Positions 26,731-39,513 are shown, numbered from the stretch's first letter. The stretch: 64,000 bases of DNA from Pristiophorus japonicus (GCF_044704955.1 NC_091999.1:17422001-17486000), one strand, 5' to 3'. Numbers and translations are program-made. Notes: generated by a model from the letters alone, not told the origin.

Positions 26731-27640
26731 CTAACTTGGTGACAATTGTGATCCTGTCCCGAGGAAAGTGCGGTCTTTCCAGATGTATCACTTGGTACCT
26801 GCTGTCCATGGCAGTGGCAGATCTCCTGGTCATTATCACCGCTGTGATATTAAACCGGATCAGTGGAATTTATCTTCAATTTAGTCTGCTGTCCACCACT
26901 CCAGGCTGTACTATAACATCTATCCTAATTTATGTCGCCACGGATAGTTCCGTCTGGTTAACGGTCGCTTTCACCTTCGATCGATTTGTGGCCATATGAT
27001 GCCAGAAATTGAAACAAAATATTGCACTGAGAAAAATGCGGCTCTGATTATAGTCATGGTCGGTTCCCTGAGCTGTTTAAAAAACATTCCTTCTTATCTC
27101 ACATATGGACCTATGTTCATAACTGACAATGTCCCGTGGTTATGTAACATCAAAGTAATATTTTATACTTCTCCTCTATGGATAGTATATGACTGGCTTG
27201 ACAGAATTTTAACGCCATGACTCCCCTTTCTCCTGATATTGCTGCTCAATGCTCTGACCGTCAGACATATTCTAGCGACCAGCAGAGCCCGCAGGAGGCT
27301 CCGGGCCCATAGCAGTGGAGAGAATCAAAGCGACCCAGAGATGGAGAGACGGAGAAAGTCCATCGTTTTACTCTTTACCATCTCAGGCAGATTCATCCTA
27401 TTATGGACAGTGTACGTTGTAAATTTCTTGTATGTCCGAATTACAAAGAATAATTATTTCTCAGGTTCCAATTTCAAAGACCCAAAATGTATTCTCCAAG
27501 AAACCGGAAATAGTCTTCAGCTTTTGAGTTCCTGCACAAACACGTGTATTTATGCAGTGATCCAGAGTAAATTCAGAGAGGAGTTAATGGATGCGCTGAA
27601 ATATCCAATGAATCTCTTTATAAAATTAATCAAATTATAA
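26731..27640 (+). pseudogene. GPR139-like GPCR pseudogene, exon 2
   Basis: Acceptor TTTCTTGCAG|CT; NLVTIVILSRGKCGLS, MAVADLL, SVWLTVAFTFDRFVAI, DPEMERRRKSIVLL, SSCTNTCIY. Stops at 26997 and 27218 and a 1-nt frameshift near 27012. Confidence 0.92.
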
Positions 27641-27750
27641 AAATGTATTTTCGTGTTAATTCTGCATAATATCACACCCAGTGGGCCATCCTGTCCTGTC
27701 AGTTCTGAACCAGCTTTGTCCAGCTCCATCAGCCCAAATAACATGGCCCA

Positions 27751-27840
27751 TCTCGACATCCAAGTCTGAGAAATCGAATATCTCGACATCCACATGCGCG
27801 ATATCGTATATCTTGACATCCATGTGTGAGAAATCGTACA
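27751..27840. repeat. 3 x 30-bp tandem repeat (TCTCGACATCCA...AATCGTATA)
   Basis: Exact 30-bp periodicity. Confidence 0.85.
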
Positions 27841-27989
27841 ACTGATTTGCGTGTAATTAAGATTATATTTTAATCAGAGGGCCTTATTTCAGTACTGCCG
27901 GCGGTTTGTTTCCTCAGAGTAGTATTATCATACGAATGCTAGCAAATACTTTTCCATTCTATTGAGCTCTCATGAATCACCATCGGCTC

Positions 27990-28100
27990 ACTGCATTACA
28001 ACAGTGACTACACTTTCAAAAAGTATTTCACTGGCTGTAAAGCGCATTGAGACGTTCACGCGTTGTGAAAGGTGCTATATAAATCCAGTACTTTCTTTAT
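27990..28100 (+). mobile_element. Deu-SINE (SacSINE1-like) 3' end
   Basis: CATTACAACAGTGACTACACTT...TGGCTGTAAAGCGC...GTGAAAGGTGCTATATAAAT. Confidence 0.7.
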
Positions 28101-28229
28101 TTCCTTGTTAGAGTCAGGATTATGCGACTATGTGACAACCAGTTGTTATCCTGTAGAGACCGCTCTGAATAACCTTGATTCATAACTCTCAGGAATATTG
28201 CGAGTGGTGGATCATGGCAGCAGTCTCTG

Positions 28230-29581
28230 TGATCCTGCGAAAAATAGAGACAAAATTAACAGTCACTTGGACAAGTATGGATTAATTAAAGGAAGCCAGT
28301 ATGCAGTTGTTAAAGGTAAATGGTGTTTAAATAACTTGATTGAGTATTTTTACATTGGTAACAGAGAGGGTAGATGAGGACAATGCGGTTGATGTGGTAT
28401 ACATGGACTTACAAAAGGCATTTGTCGAAGTGCCAGCTAGTACGTTTGCCTGCAAAGTAGAAGCCCATAGAGTAAAAGGGAAAGTGACAGCATGGGTACC
28501 AAATATGCTGAATTACAGGAAAGAGGGATTAGTGATGAATGGTATGTGTTTCTGGCTGGAAGCTGTTTTTCAGGTATCAGTGTTACCCAGGGGTCTTTAT
28601 CAGGAACGTTGCTTTTCTTGATATATATTGACGAATTGGACTTGGGTGTACATGTCTCAATTGCAAAATTTACAGACGACACAAAACTTAGAAGTATGCT
28701 GAACATTGACGCGGACAGTGATAGACTTCAAAAGGGGACCGCAGGCTGGCGGAATTAGCGGACCCGTGGCAGATGAAATCCAATGCAGAAAAGTGTGAAG
28801 TGTAACATTTTGGTAGGAAGAACGAGGAGAAGCAGTATAAATTAAAGGGTACAATCCTAAAGGGCGTGCATGAACAGAGAGACCTGGGATACACGTTCAC
28901 AAATCGTTGAGAGTGGCAGGTTGAGAAAGCAGTTAAAATAACAATCGCCATCCTGGGCTTCATAAATAGAGGCATAGCGTACCAAAGCATGGAAGTTAAG
29001 ATAATCCTCTATAAAACGCTCGTTCGTGCTCAACTGGAGTGTTGTATCCAATGCTGTGCATCACACTTTAGGAAGGATGTGAAGGCCTTCGAGAGAGTGC
29101 AGAAAAATTAGAAGAATGGTTCCAGGGATGAGGGATTTCATCTACGTGCATAGACTGGAGAAGCTGGAATTGTTCTCTGGAGCAGTGAACCTTGAGAGGA
29201 CATTTGATAGAGGTATTCAAAATCATGAGGGTTCTGGACAGAAAAGACAGGGTGAAACTCTTCTCATTGGCGGAAGGTTCGAGAACAAGAGGACACAGAT
29301 TTAAGTGGACTGGCAAAAGAACCAAAGGCGACTTGAGGAATAACTTTTATATGCAGCGAGTGGTTATGATCTGGAAAGCACTGCCTGAAAGGATGGTGGT
29401 GGCAAGTTCAATGGTGGTTTTCAAAAGGATGTTGGATAGCTACCTAAAGCGGAAAAATGCAGGGCTATGGGGAAAAGGTGGGGAGTGGGAATAGCTGAGG
29501 TGCTCTTGCAGAGTGCGGACAGGGGCTCCACAGGCCGAAATGTATCCATTTATGCTGTAACCCAATCTATGATTCTATGAT
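28230..29581 (+). mobile_element. Old CR1 RT/3' fragment
   Basis: VDVVYMDLQKAF, FTDDTKL, RTRGHRFK; tail CTATGATTCTATGAT. Confidence 0.85.
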
Positions 29582-31599
29582 CCTGCACCAGCCACAATAT
29601 AATGATATGATGGTACGATATGGGCGCACTTACAACGTCACCAACAACACCTTAAAATTGAAATTCTATTTCCCATTGCAAGCTGCTATACTCAGTAAAG
29701 TGAGCAACTGTTTGGCAGGGAGGTATAACAGAAAGTAAAGAAGCATTGCATGCAATTCCTTTCCTGGTAAAAGGCACCAAATTCTTTAATTGGGTAACAG
29801 CATTTGAATAGGATTGACGAATCGCCACGATGTAGTTACTCTCCTCCCTCTCATGTGAATTTGGCGCATCACTCAGAATGCCACTCAGTAACAATAAAGG
29901 AGGAGTTACACACATTTTGGAGGAGCATTGCTCTGGGTAGTATTTCTGAATGGTAATTCAAGCCTCCCTCCCAACTGCACCTCACTTGTTCAAATTAAGA
30001 AAATATTCGGGGATGCAATTTAACCATTCAACGTTATGAATATTGCAAAAGAAGAAATTGGAATCAGTAAATAGAGTGAACGAGAGAAAGTGTGAGAGAG
30101 GAGAGAAAGATTGAAATGGAGAAAGAACAAGAAGCGTAAGAGAACAAAATAAGGTAATAGTAAAAGAAAGCAAAAATGACAGAAACCAAGAAATGTTTAA
30201 CTTGGTGATTGTCCTTCTATACCCGCTGTTTCTCTTAGATGTTTGTATCTATTCTCGAGATATGGGCGTAGATGGCAAGGCCGGAATTTATTGTGCATTA
30301 CTGGCTGCCCTTGAAAAAGTGTTGGTGGGCTTTCTCCTTGCACCGCTGCAGTCCATGTGGTGAATGTGATGTCACGTAGGAAGTTCCAGTATTTCAACCC
30401 ATGGACAATAAAGTAACAACGATAAATGAAAATTCCGGATGGTGCTTGACATATAGAATCACACAATAATACAGCATTGAAGGAGGTCGTCTGACCAATC
30501 TTGTCTGTGCTCGCTCTGTGAAAGAACCTTCTCCAAACTACTCCTTCCATTAACCCCGCTGTGTTTTGGTCGACACGAATACGCTTCTTCTTATAATTTG
30601 CTGTAAAGAGACTTGCAGCATGATTCAAGGGGAATTGGAGCATTGCTGCGGGACAACGGTCCCGTACGTAGAATGATACAACACCTAAGGACGCCGTTAC
30701 GATCCTTTGTGCCTCCTCTTTGCAAGAGCTGTTCAATTAGTCCCACACCTTTGCATTCCGCCATAGAACTGTTCGTTTATTCGTTCAAGTGTTTACACAA
30801 TTCAATTTTGAACGTTGCTACTGACTCTGCTTCCTCCACCCTTTCAGGCTCTGCATTGCGGATCAAAGCAACTCGCCTGGTAAAATAATGTTTCCTCGTG
30901 TCATCTGTGGTTCCTTTCCCAATTACTTTAAATCTTTGTGCTTTGGTTACCGACCCTTCTGCTAGTGGAAACAGTTTCCCTAATTTAATCTCTCAAAACT
31001 CTTCATAATTTTGAACAACTCTATTAAATCTCTTCTTAACCTTCTCTGTTTTAATGAGATCAATGCCAGCTTCTCCAGTCCCTGCACAGAATCCCCTCAT
31101 CCCTGTTATGAAAAGAAATTCAACATGTTGTTTTAAAAGTTCCCTCAATTACAGATATTGCTTTATCGAATCGCTCGATGACAGATATCTTCTTGGTTTG
31201 GTCTGTGGTTTCCCTGGAATTTTTTACATAGTCGATCAGTTTGAAGCACCGTGATTCTCAGTCAACAGAAATAGACGGCGCTGTATTCATTTTCTGCTAC
31301 AAAAATTGACAAAGGAAAAATTAATATTCATTTAAATGACGAGCATCGAATTTTCCTCTTGCAAAATCGGCACCAATTTCCCTGGTGTTATTGCGGTATA
31401 AGGTAAACTGCGTTGCCGGGATCAGGTGCAGGCGTACTTGTAACGATCTGGATCTTCGGAACTGGTGTTGTAAGTACATTTATTTCAGCTTTATCTCCTT
31501 CATATACCGTAATCTCATATTGAGGCTGCATTACCGAACTCCATTGGATTTTACCTGTAAAACTTATTTAAATCATCATTTAATGTCCTTCTTAATTAG

Positions 31600-31808
31600 C
31601 ATAATTTAAACCAGCGCAGGGAACACTTACCACAACCTACCTGCTACCGAGATTATTCTGGTGAAATACATCGGCTATTATGAAGGTAATATATTTTGCC
31701 AGAGACGTTTCTCTGCAGATCTCTAAATTGTGACAAAGTTTACCAGTTTAACCATCTCTGGGCTGCAGATGACCGAACCTGCAATTTTTTTTAACGTGCC
31801 CTGGGGCT
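31600..31808 (+). pseudogene. Decayed T-cell receptor Vdelta/Valpha-like segment (FR2-FR3; FR1 apparently deleted)
   Basis: QRRFSADL*IVTKFTSLTISGLQMTEPAIFF then, frameshifted, (C)ALG immediately before CACAGTG; upstream YRDYSGE CDR2-like stretch; possible leader with donor GTAAGT at 31470 and AG at 31598-31599. Confidence 0.72.
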
Positions 31809-31847
31809 CACAGTGATGGAACTCAGTTCAACCCTCGTACAGAACCT
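31809..31847 (+). promoter_or_regulatory. V(D)J recombination signal sequence, 23-bp spacer
   Basis: Perfect heptamer CACAGTG (31809-31815), 23 nt, nonamer ACAGAACCT (6/9 to ACAAAAACC). Confidence 0.7.
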
Positions 31848-32519
31848 CCCGCCACTTTGTAGATCTTGGCTCCGACTGCTGAAGTCGTATATAACGGCGG
31901 GCAGATCCTGCCACATTGGTTCCTGTGAGCCGACACATACTGAGATGGACCCAAAGGACAGTCTCCTGTATGAAGGGCTCACAATAAACTGATTTCTTGA
32001 TACTCGGGGAAATGTCCTGCAGAGCCAATCAATTGGGCAGGTTGAGTATCTTAGCGACATACACGAAGCAGATGCCAACTGGTTGCAGCTAAAGTTAATT
32101 GTGAGAACAGCATGACAACATTCGCTGGCATCACCTCGGATCTAGAATCAGAATATTAAGCCTGTGCTGGCACTTTGAAAGAGCTATTGTATTAGTCCCA
32201 ATCTTTTCTGAAAGCCCTGCAATTTTCTCCCTTTAGATATTTAACTAATTCCCTTTTGAAAGTTAATATTAAGTCTTTCCCCCCACTCTTTCACGTAGTA
32301 TATTCCTGATCATAACTGCATCAATAAATTCGGCCCTTTTCACCTCAGGCTCCTTTTCCAATTTGCTTAAATCAGAAATCAAACATCAGGAAATATATGT
32401 GTCCCTGGTACTAACTTCAACTGAGTTGCGTACCTGGATTCCGTGGATGACGCCATAATCCCTCGCATACATCATAGCACAGTGATTGGCTGTTTCTTCG
32501 AAGGTTACTGCCGTATCCG

Positions 32520-32815
32520 TAGGATTTGTTCACTGATTTCACGTTGATAGTATCAGAAGGAATGGCGCAGAGCAGGAAGACAGGATCTCCAGGGTGATGT
32601 TCAGTGAGTTCGGCGAATGGTATCAAAGGGAATGAAGCAGAGCAGGGAGGCAGGATCCCTAGGAAGATGTTCAGTGAGTTCAGGGAGATGGTATCAGAAG
32701 GAATGGAGCAGAGCAGTGAGAACAAATCCGTGGTTGATGTTCAGTGAGTTAAGCGAGATGGTATCAGAGGGAATAGTGCAGAGCAGACAGAAAGGCAGTC
32801 CGGGGAAGAAGTGAC
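32520..32815. repeat. ~4 x 70-bp tandem repeat
   Basis: GATGTTCAGTGAGTT at 32596, 32666, 32736. Confidence 0.85.
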
Positions 32816-32829
32816 AGCGGGTCGTGTTT

Positions 32830-33645
32830 AATTTGAGATCATGCACTTTGGCAGAAAAAAATCAAAGAGCCAGTTATTATTTAAATGGAAAAAGATTGCA
32901 AAGTGCCACAGTTCAGCGGGACCTGGGGGTACTTGTGCATGAAACACAAAAGGATGATATGCAGGTACAGCGAGTGATCAGGAAGGCCATTGGTATCTTG
33001 GCCATTATTGTGAAGGGGATGGAGTATAAAAGCAGGGAAGTCTTGCTACAGTTATACAGGATATTGGGGAGGCCACAGCTGGAACTGTGTGCGGTTTTGG
33101 TTTACATATTTATGAAAGGATATACTTGCTTTGGAGGCAGTTCAGAGAAGGTTCACTCGGATGATTCCGGAGATGAGGGGGTTGACTTATGAGGAAAGGT
33201 TGAGTAGTTTGGGCCTCGACTCATTGGAATTCAGATCAATGAGATGTGATCTTATCGAAATGTATCAGATTATGAGGGGGCTTGACAAGGTGGATGCAGA
33301 GAGGATGTTTGCACTGATGGGGGAGATTAGAATTAGAGGGCATGATCTTAAAATATGGGGCCGCCCAATTAAAAAAGAGATGAGGAGAAATTTCCTCTCT
33401 AAGAGGGTTGTAAATCTGTGGACTTCGCTGCCTCAGAGAGCCGTGGAAGCTGGGACATTGAATAACCATATGATAGAAATAGACAGTTTTTTAAACGATA
33501 AGGGGCTATGGGGAGCATGCAGGGAAGTGGAGCTCAGGACATTATCATATCAGCCATGATATTATTGAATGGCGGAGCAGGCTCGAGATGCAGTATGGCC
33601 TACTCCTGTTCCAATTTCTTATATTCTTATGTTTTTATGTATGTT
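32830..33645 (+). mobile_element. CR1 3' fragment
   Basis: VQRDLGVLVH, VQRRFTRMIP, EMRRNFL; tail TTCTTATATTCTTATGT. Confidence 0.88.
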
Positions 33646-34074
33646 CCTCATAAAGGAGAACGGCTGGCAGTGATTACCGTACTCATTTCTGTCTGTGTGG
33701 ACCATATGCATTCAGGTCACCTTTAAAGAGTTGAATCGAAAACAAAACTTACATTCTACGAATGCCCTCCCAGAGAGGAGGATGTCAATCGTATATTTGG
33801 GCAGAACAAAACGACAATGATTTTACATCAGAAATTGATATTGCCCGTGCATCACACATTCTGTATGTAGGTGCCCAACGGGCACAAAGCTCCAAATGTA
33901 CCTGCAGATGCAGCGTGAACCCTCATCTCTCTCTGTCAAAAATAGTCTCTCCACCTGTCGTCTCTTTCTTGGCTTTCTGTATGTATATAACAGAAACATT
34001 GGAGCGCCTGTCTGTGTGTCAGTTAGGCCCCAGTCTTTGGGAATCATTCCAAGAGTTTGTGCTCCCTAGTGTGT

Positions 34075-34380
34075 CTGGAAGTGTTTGATGGGACAGTATC
34101 GAGTGAGCTTTAATCTGTATTTAACCCGTGCTGCTCCTGCCCTGGGTGTGTTTGATGGGACGGTGTAGAGGGAGATTTATTCTATATTAAACCCGTGCTG
34201 TACCTGCCCTGGGAGGGTATGGAGTGCAAGTGTAGATGGAGCTGTTCTCTGTATCTAACCCGTACTGCACCTGCCCTGGGAGTTCTGATGGGACAGTGCA
34301 GAGGGAGCTTTACTCTGTATCTAACCCGTGTTGTACCTGCCCTGAGAGTGTTTGTTCGGACAGTAGAGGGAGATTTGCTC
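34075..34380. repeat. ~67-bp minisatellite (GATGGGACAGTGTAGAGGGAGCTTTACTCTGTATCTAACCCGTGCTGTACCTGCCCTGGG), ~4.5 copies
   Basis: Periodic copies from 34084. Confidence 0.85.
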
Positions 34381-35151
34381 TGACGCATACTATACTGTAT
34401 CGGACTTTGGTGCATCAGAGGCCTGCTCTTTAATATAACCTGGCACGTGAAAGACCATAATATTAGAGGAGACCGCCTGGTCGCTGTGCAGTCATTCCGC
34501 CTCTGGTGCATGATGCAACAAGACAGGGGAAAATGTGCCTTCACTCTGATGGGACACTAGGTGGCGCAGTGGCTCCTTAACCGAAGGGACTTGGATTCAA
34601 ACACAAACAGGATAGGACGCGGGAAGAATAAATTTCATGGAAATAAAACAAATTGTGATAGGGAAATAGAACATGTGAAGGAGCCTTGGAGTAAGGAGTT
34701 CAGCAAAGTCCAATTTATTCCATTTGCCATTGCAGTTTTATTAACAATTTCACAGAGAACAATTTACAGAGAAGGTTTTCAAAAGTTCACACAAATTGAA
34801 TATAACAAATGAGCGTCACATTAATACCAGAACACAGTCGGTCTGAGCTGCCAGCTATCTGTACAACTCTAACAGACAGCAGGGAGAGAAACAGATGTTC
34901 AACACCAAGGGAAGGGAATAATTGTGAATCATGAATGATAAAATGACTTATGTACACATGAGATATTCAAACAATTGTTTAACTCCGAGATACATTTACA
35001 TTATAGCCACGGTTATCTCACACATTTCAAACAGAGAAATGAAAAAGTTGAAGGCAATTGACTCCGGGAATCACCAAGAGGACATAATTTATTTTCAAGA
35101 CACAGTTAACAACCAGAGGAGAAAAATCCACAGCGGCCGAAATTCAGTCAA

Positions 35152-35160
35152 TCACTTGAC
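35152..35160 (-). pseudogene. IGHM: IgM heavy chain TM2 exon (VK*)
   Basis: TTTAACAG|GTC AAG TGA; AATAAA on the minus strand at ~34714 and ~34737. Confidence 0.85.
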
Positions 35161-35298
35161 CTGTTAAAGAGGGATAAAAGTTTGAAGCAGCGTTTTAGTG
35201 ATTTGGCGCATTAATTTCAGGGTTGTTATCAATGAAACATTTAGAGATTTGTCAAACCTCTTCAATCAACTCGAACTGAGTGCATTGAATCTTCTCAC

Positions 35299-35426
35299 CT
35301 TCACCAGAGTGATGGCAGCGCTGTAAGAAATGCTCAGGAAGAACAAGATGATGAATGTGGAAGCGGTTGTCCAGATGTTGCTGCTCTCGTCCTCACACTC
35401 TTCACTCCAGATGTGGTCTGAGGAAT
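35299..35426 (-). pseudogene. IGHM: IgM heavy chain TM1 exon
   Basis: AG|..SSDHIWSEECEDESSNIWTTASTFIILFFLSISYSAAITLVK|GTGAGA; conserved antigen-receptor TM motif, open frame. Confidence 0.93.
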
Positions 35427-36059
35427 CTACGGGATGTAGGGAAGGAAATATATTCAGATCGTTTGTTAATCCAAGATCTCATCTTATTATTACGTATTCT
35501 ATTTTCTTTCTTTAAGGTGTTAGTTTGTTCTCTATTTTAATGTTCAATGTATGCCCTGTGTTAAGTTAATCACGCTCACTAATCTATCTGTGTTCCTAAT
35601 TCCACAGTCGTTCCTTCTTTATGATCCTTCTATAGTCGGTTTTGGAAAATATGACAGTTTTCCTTCAATGTTACAGGCTAATTGATTTTGCATCAATTCC
35701 ATAGGATTTACCATTCGGGAATAGTATGATGTAATATCGAGGGAACTATACTGAATGATATCGATTAATTTAACAATAGCTTCAGATAGCTAATTATTCG
35801 GAGGCTGTCAAAGGGACAGGGTAAGACATCAGATGTGAGTTATAATCTGGATTAATTTGTGGTAGTCAAGGTTCTGAACATAATTAATTTGCATGAGTTT
35901 CCAACTAAGAACTTTGATTCAGTTTGTGTGCAGGACCAGAATATAGGAATGTAAGATATTATGGTATCAGAAATGATTTATTTAATACAATCGTTGCAGA
36001 CTGTCTGTTCAAAGAATTTATTTTAATTCTATGTTCGTCTGTTACCTGACGTATTTTTT

Positions 36060-36700
36060 GCACTTTAGTGTTTGTGTATGTGTGTATGACGATCTCTTCT
36101 TTTGGTGTTGTCTGTGTTTGTGTGTTGATGTGTATTGATATGTAAGTTTGAATGTTTTAATGTGTCATTCCATATATGTATATTTATGTGTAAGTGTTTG
36201 TGATTTTTTGTAAGTTTGTGTATGTTTACATGTAAGCCTTTGTGTGTATATATGCAATTTTTTGTGGTTATGCTTAAATATGTGTGTTCTTTGTAAGTAC
36301 GTTCATGTATGTGTTTTAATGTGTTTGTGTATGGATATGTGTAAGTGTTGTGTATGTTTATGGGTAAGAATGTGTGCATTTATGTGTAACTGTGTATGTT
36401 CGCATGTAAATGTGTGTGTGTGTTATCTGTTAGTTAGTTTGTGTTGAATATGTGTTTATGCGAGTTTAAGTGTGTGTGTTTGTGTGTGTGTGTGTGTGTG
36501 TTCGTGCTTCTGTTTTATTAAAGGGTGTGTTTATTTTTGCTGTCATATTAATGGTGCTGTGGTTCTGACAATGACAGTGTGTATTATATTCTGGGTATGC
36601 GTAATATCTTGTGTCAGTGTGTCAATGTGTGTGTTTATGTGTAAGTCGCTGTGTGTTTATGTGTAAGTCCGTGTTGTGTTTATGTGTAAGTGTGAACTTC
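36060..36700. repeat. Degenerate (TG)n-rich simple repeat
   Basis: Visible. Confidence 0.85.
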
Positions 36701-36819
36701 CACAAAAACATACACTACTAACGTTTACACGCATTCTTCCTCGCTCTGTGTAAATGTGTTCAGTGTGAGACACAATGTGACATCAGCCGACGGAATACAA
36801 CAACTCAATCGATGAGCAT

Positions 36820-37820
36820 CTCTCTCTGGTGGCATTGAGGGGTACAATGAGTTAACAATTGCCCTTTGCCCTCTCGCTTGTGCGGAAGTCGGATACATTG
36901 GGTTAACAATTGCAGATTCCCCTCACTATGCTGGGGTAGTGGGCGGGACAGTAAGTTAACAATTGCCCTTTCCCCTCTCTCTGGTGGGGAAGAGGGTTTA
37001 CATCATCATAGGCAGTCCCTCGCAATCAAGGAAGACTACTTCCACTCTTAGCATGATTTGTTAGGTGGCTGTTCAGTCCAATAGGGAACCACAGTCTCTG
37101 TCACAGGTGGGAAAGACCGTGGTTGCGGGAAGGGGAAGATTTTACAGGTTTGCCGCACGTTCCTTCCACTGCCTGCGCTTGATGTCTGAATGCTCTTGGC
37201 GACGAGAGACGAGGGGCTCAGCGCCCTCCCGGATGTACTTCCTCCATTTAGGGCGGTCTTTGGCCAGGGACTCTCAAGTGTCAGTGGGTATGTCGCACTT
37301 TATCAGGAGGCTTTGAGGTCGCTTGTAACGTTTCCCCTGCCCACCTTTGGCTCATTTGCCATGGACGAGTTCCGAGTAGAGCGCTTGCTTTGGGAGTCTA
37401 GTGTCTGGTGTGCAGACAATGTGGCCGGCCCAGAGCAGCTGATCAAGTGTGGTCAGTGCTTCTCTGCTGGGATGTTGGCCTGGACAAGGACGCTAATGTT
37501 GGCGCGTCTGTCCTGCCAGGGAACTTGTAGAATCTTGCAGAGACGGAGTGAGGTTACAGTGGATTAACAATTGCCGTTTCCCCTCACTCTGGTGGGGCAG
37601 TGGGAAGTACAGTGGGTTCAGAATTGCCATTTCACCACTCTTTGGTACGGCAATGGCGTTACAGTGGGTGAATAATTGCCCTTTCATCTCTCTCTGGTAG
37701 TGCAGTGGGAGGTACAGTTGGTTCAGAATTGCCCTTTCACCTCTCTGGTGGGGTAGTGGGAGGTACAGGGGTATAACAATTGCGATTTCACCTCTCTCTG
37801 GTGGGGCGATGGGAGATACA
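36820..37820. repeat. ~52-bp minisatellite (GGTACAGTGGGTTAACAATTGCCCTTTC...) interrupted by an RTE fragment
   Basis: AACAATTGCC core at 36854, 36905, 36958 and again 37566-37780. Confidence 0.8.
37001..37545 (-). mobile_element. RTE-clade LINE 3' fragment
   Basis: Reverse (ATG)n tail CATCATCATAGGCAGTCCCTCG; minus-strand similarity to the RTE C-terminus; same end at 63854. Confidence 0.75.
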
Positions 37821-38249
37821 GTTCGTGTTCGTGTGTGGACCTCATTTCAGATCCCAGAGTGTGCGATGCTGCCAAATAAAACTGGCCCCAAATCTGAAGG
37901 GATGGACAACACGAGAAACAAGGGCACCGAGATATAAATGTACAGCATTTGTTTATCGGGAAATAGAACTATGCAGATTCTCCCAGTGGGACGAAAGTTG
38001 CTGAAATGACTTTGAGGTATCCTGTCATTAAAGAGCTTCTCTTTGTCTCCAACCTATATATGAGCTGAGAGCGCTGAATGTACCAGCTTTGGCCACAAGT
38101 CCGACAAATATTCTGCTTCAGATTAACAGCCCGCCGCTTGGCTAAAATAGGAAACAATATTAATTGAGCGGCTGTGTGTGTAACTCACGATTGGAAGAAA
38201 AGGCCTTTATTGTTTTTTATTTAAGAACTGAAAGGCAATCGAGAGATTC

Positions 38250-38632
38250 TCATTGATAAGAATTGATGTTGTCCATCAGAACAAGGGAAATATTCACAAA
38301 ACTGGGTTTACCTCTGGATTTATTGACGGTTCTGTTGGTGATCTTCAAGGAGATCGCTTCATGTCCAACCACACAGGAGTAAGAGGCGCCGCTGGCCCAC
38401 TCGTTGGCTGCAATGGATAGCAGGCTGTACACAAAGAATGATCTGCTGCCATTCTCCGCCATCACCTCAGTGTTCTTGTAGTTGACCGGCTTGTCCTTGA
38501 CGGTCCATTTGACGAAGATCTCTCGGGGGGAGAAACCTCTCACTAAGCAGGTGAGGCTGACCAACCTCTGAGCAGAGACTTCTTCTGCCGAGGGCAGGAG
38601 GACAGAAACGGCTGCTTCCCATGGATCTTTCG
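38250..38632 (-). pseudogene. IGHM: IgM Cmu4 exon with secretory tailpiece
   Basis: [25 protein letters not shown]...[16 protein letters not shown]...G|[19 protein letters not shown]; internal TM donor G|GTAAA at 38312/38311; AATAAA at 38206-38211. Confidence 0.95.
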
Positions 38633-39513
38633 CTGTAGAACAGTTACAATAAAGGCCAATGAACTGGACAGTTCCAGAGAAAATGGTGGGAGTTTTAATC
38701 TAATAAAACAGGCGTGTTGAGGTTGTGAGGGTGATTAAATTGGTAAAAATCGGAATCCCGACATCAACCCGACCACTCCTGGTTGCAATATTTTATTTGA
38801 ATAATATATTTATAGGAGGCTGGAATCCTCTATTTTAACCTCTATTCGGTTTTTAACTGTAGCTGGTCCGGCTTGACATACTGTGTAAATCCCAGCAGTT
38901 ACAGCTGCACCCAGGTGGTTATTGCCCTTACACCTCCCTCCTGGATCCAGGGTCCCTGCCTAACCCACCCCCCGCGATCCGAGAGCTTCTCACTCGGATT
39001 TCAATCCTCCTCTTCTCCCGGGTGGCCTGTGAGACCACCACCACCAACTCGCCTTCTCCGTTTAAATTCGCCAATGTCCCGTAGTTACACGTCAGAGAAA
39101 TATGCTCTTCGTTGACATTTAACGCTTTATTATTTCCCCTCTGGGGCCTCTCTGGTTTACCATCCCGCAGCAGAGTGAACATAATCTTTCTCTCTGAAAT
39201 CTTGAAGGGTTAGACTTGAATTTACTGCACAGATCAAGGCGATTTGGCCAACCGGTCTATGCCTGTGTTTATGCTCCATACAAGCCTCAACCTGACTCAG
39301 TTCATCTAACGCTAATAACATACCCTTCTATTCCTTTATCGCTCATGGACTTATCCAGTTTCCCCTAAAATACATAACCTCAGGTCAAAGAGTGGGATTA
39401 CCAAACTGAATGATCAGAGTAGCCATTAAGCACTTTATGTAATGAATTGGCCCTTGAACATGCACCGGAAATATTCACAGTGTCTGACTTATTGCAACAG
39501 TCTCCCCGCTCAC

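Noticed and set aside
26997-27220. Two TGA codons at Cys positions of the GPR139-like gene suggesting selenocysteine recoding
   Set aside because: A 1-nt frameshift near 27012 breaks the frame anyway and no SECIS is evident; ordinary nonsense mutations.
31447-31475. WIFGTG followed by GTAAGT as a J segment
   Set aside because: Lacks TxLxV after FGxG and has no upstream RSS; position and hydrophobicity fit a decayed leader better, though its splice phase is atypical.
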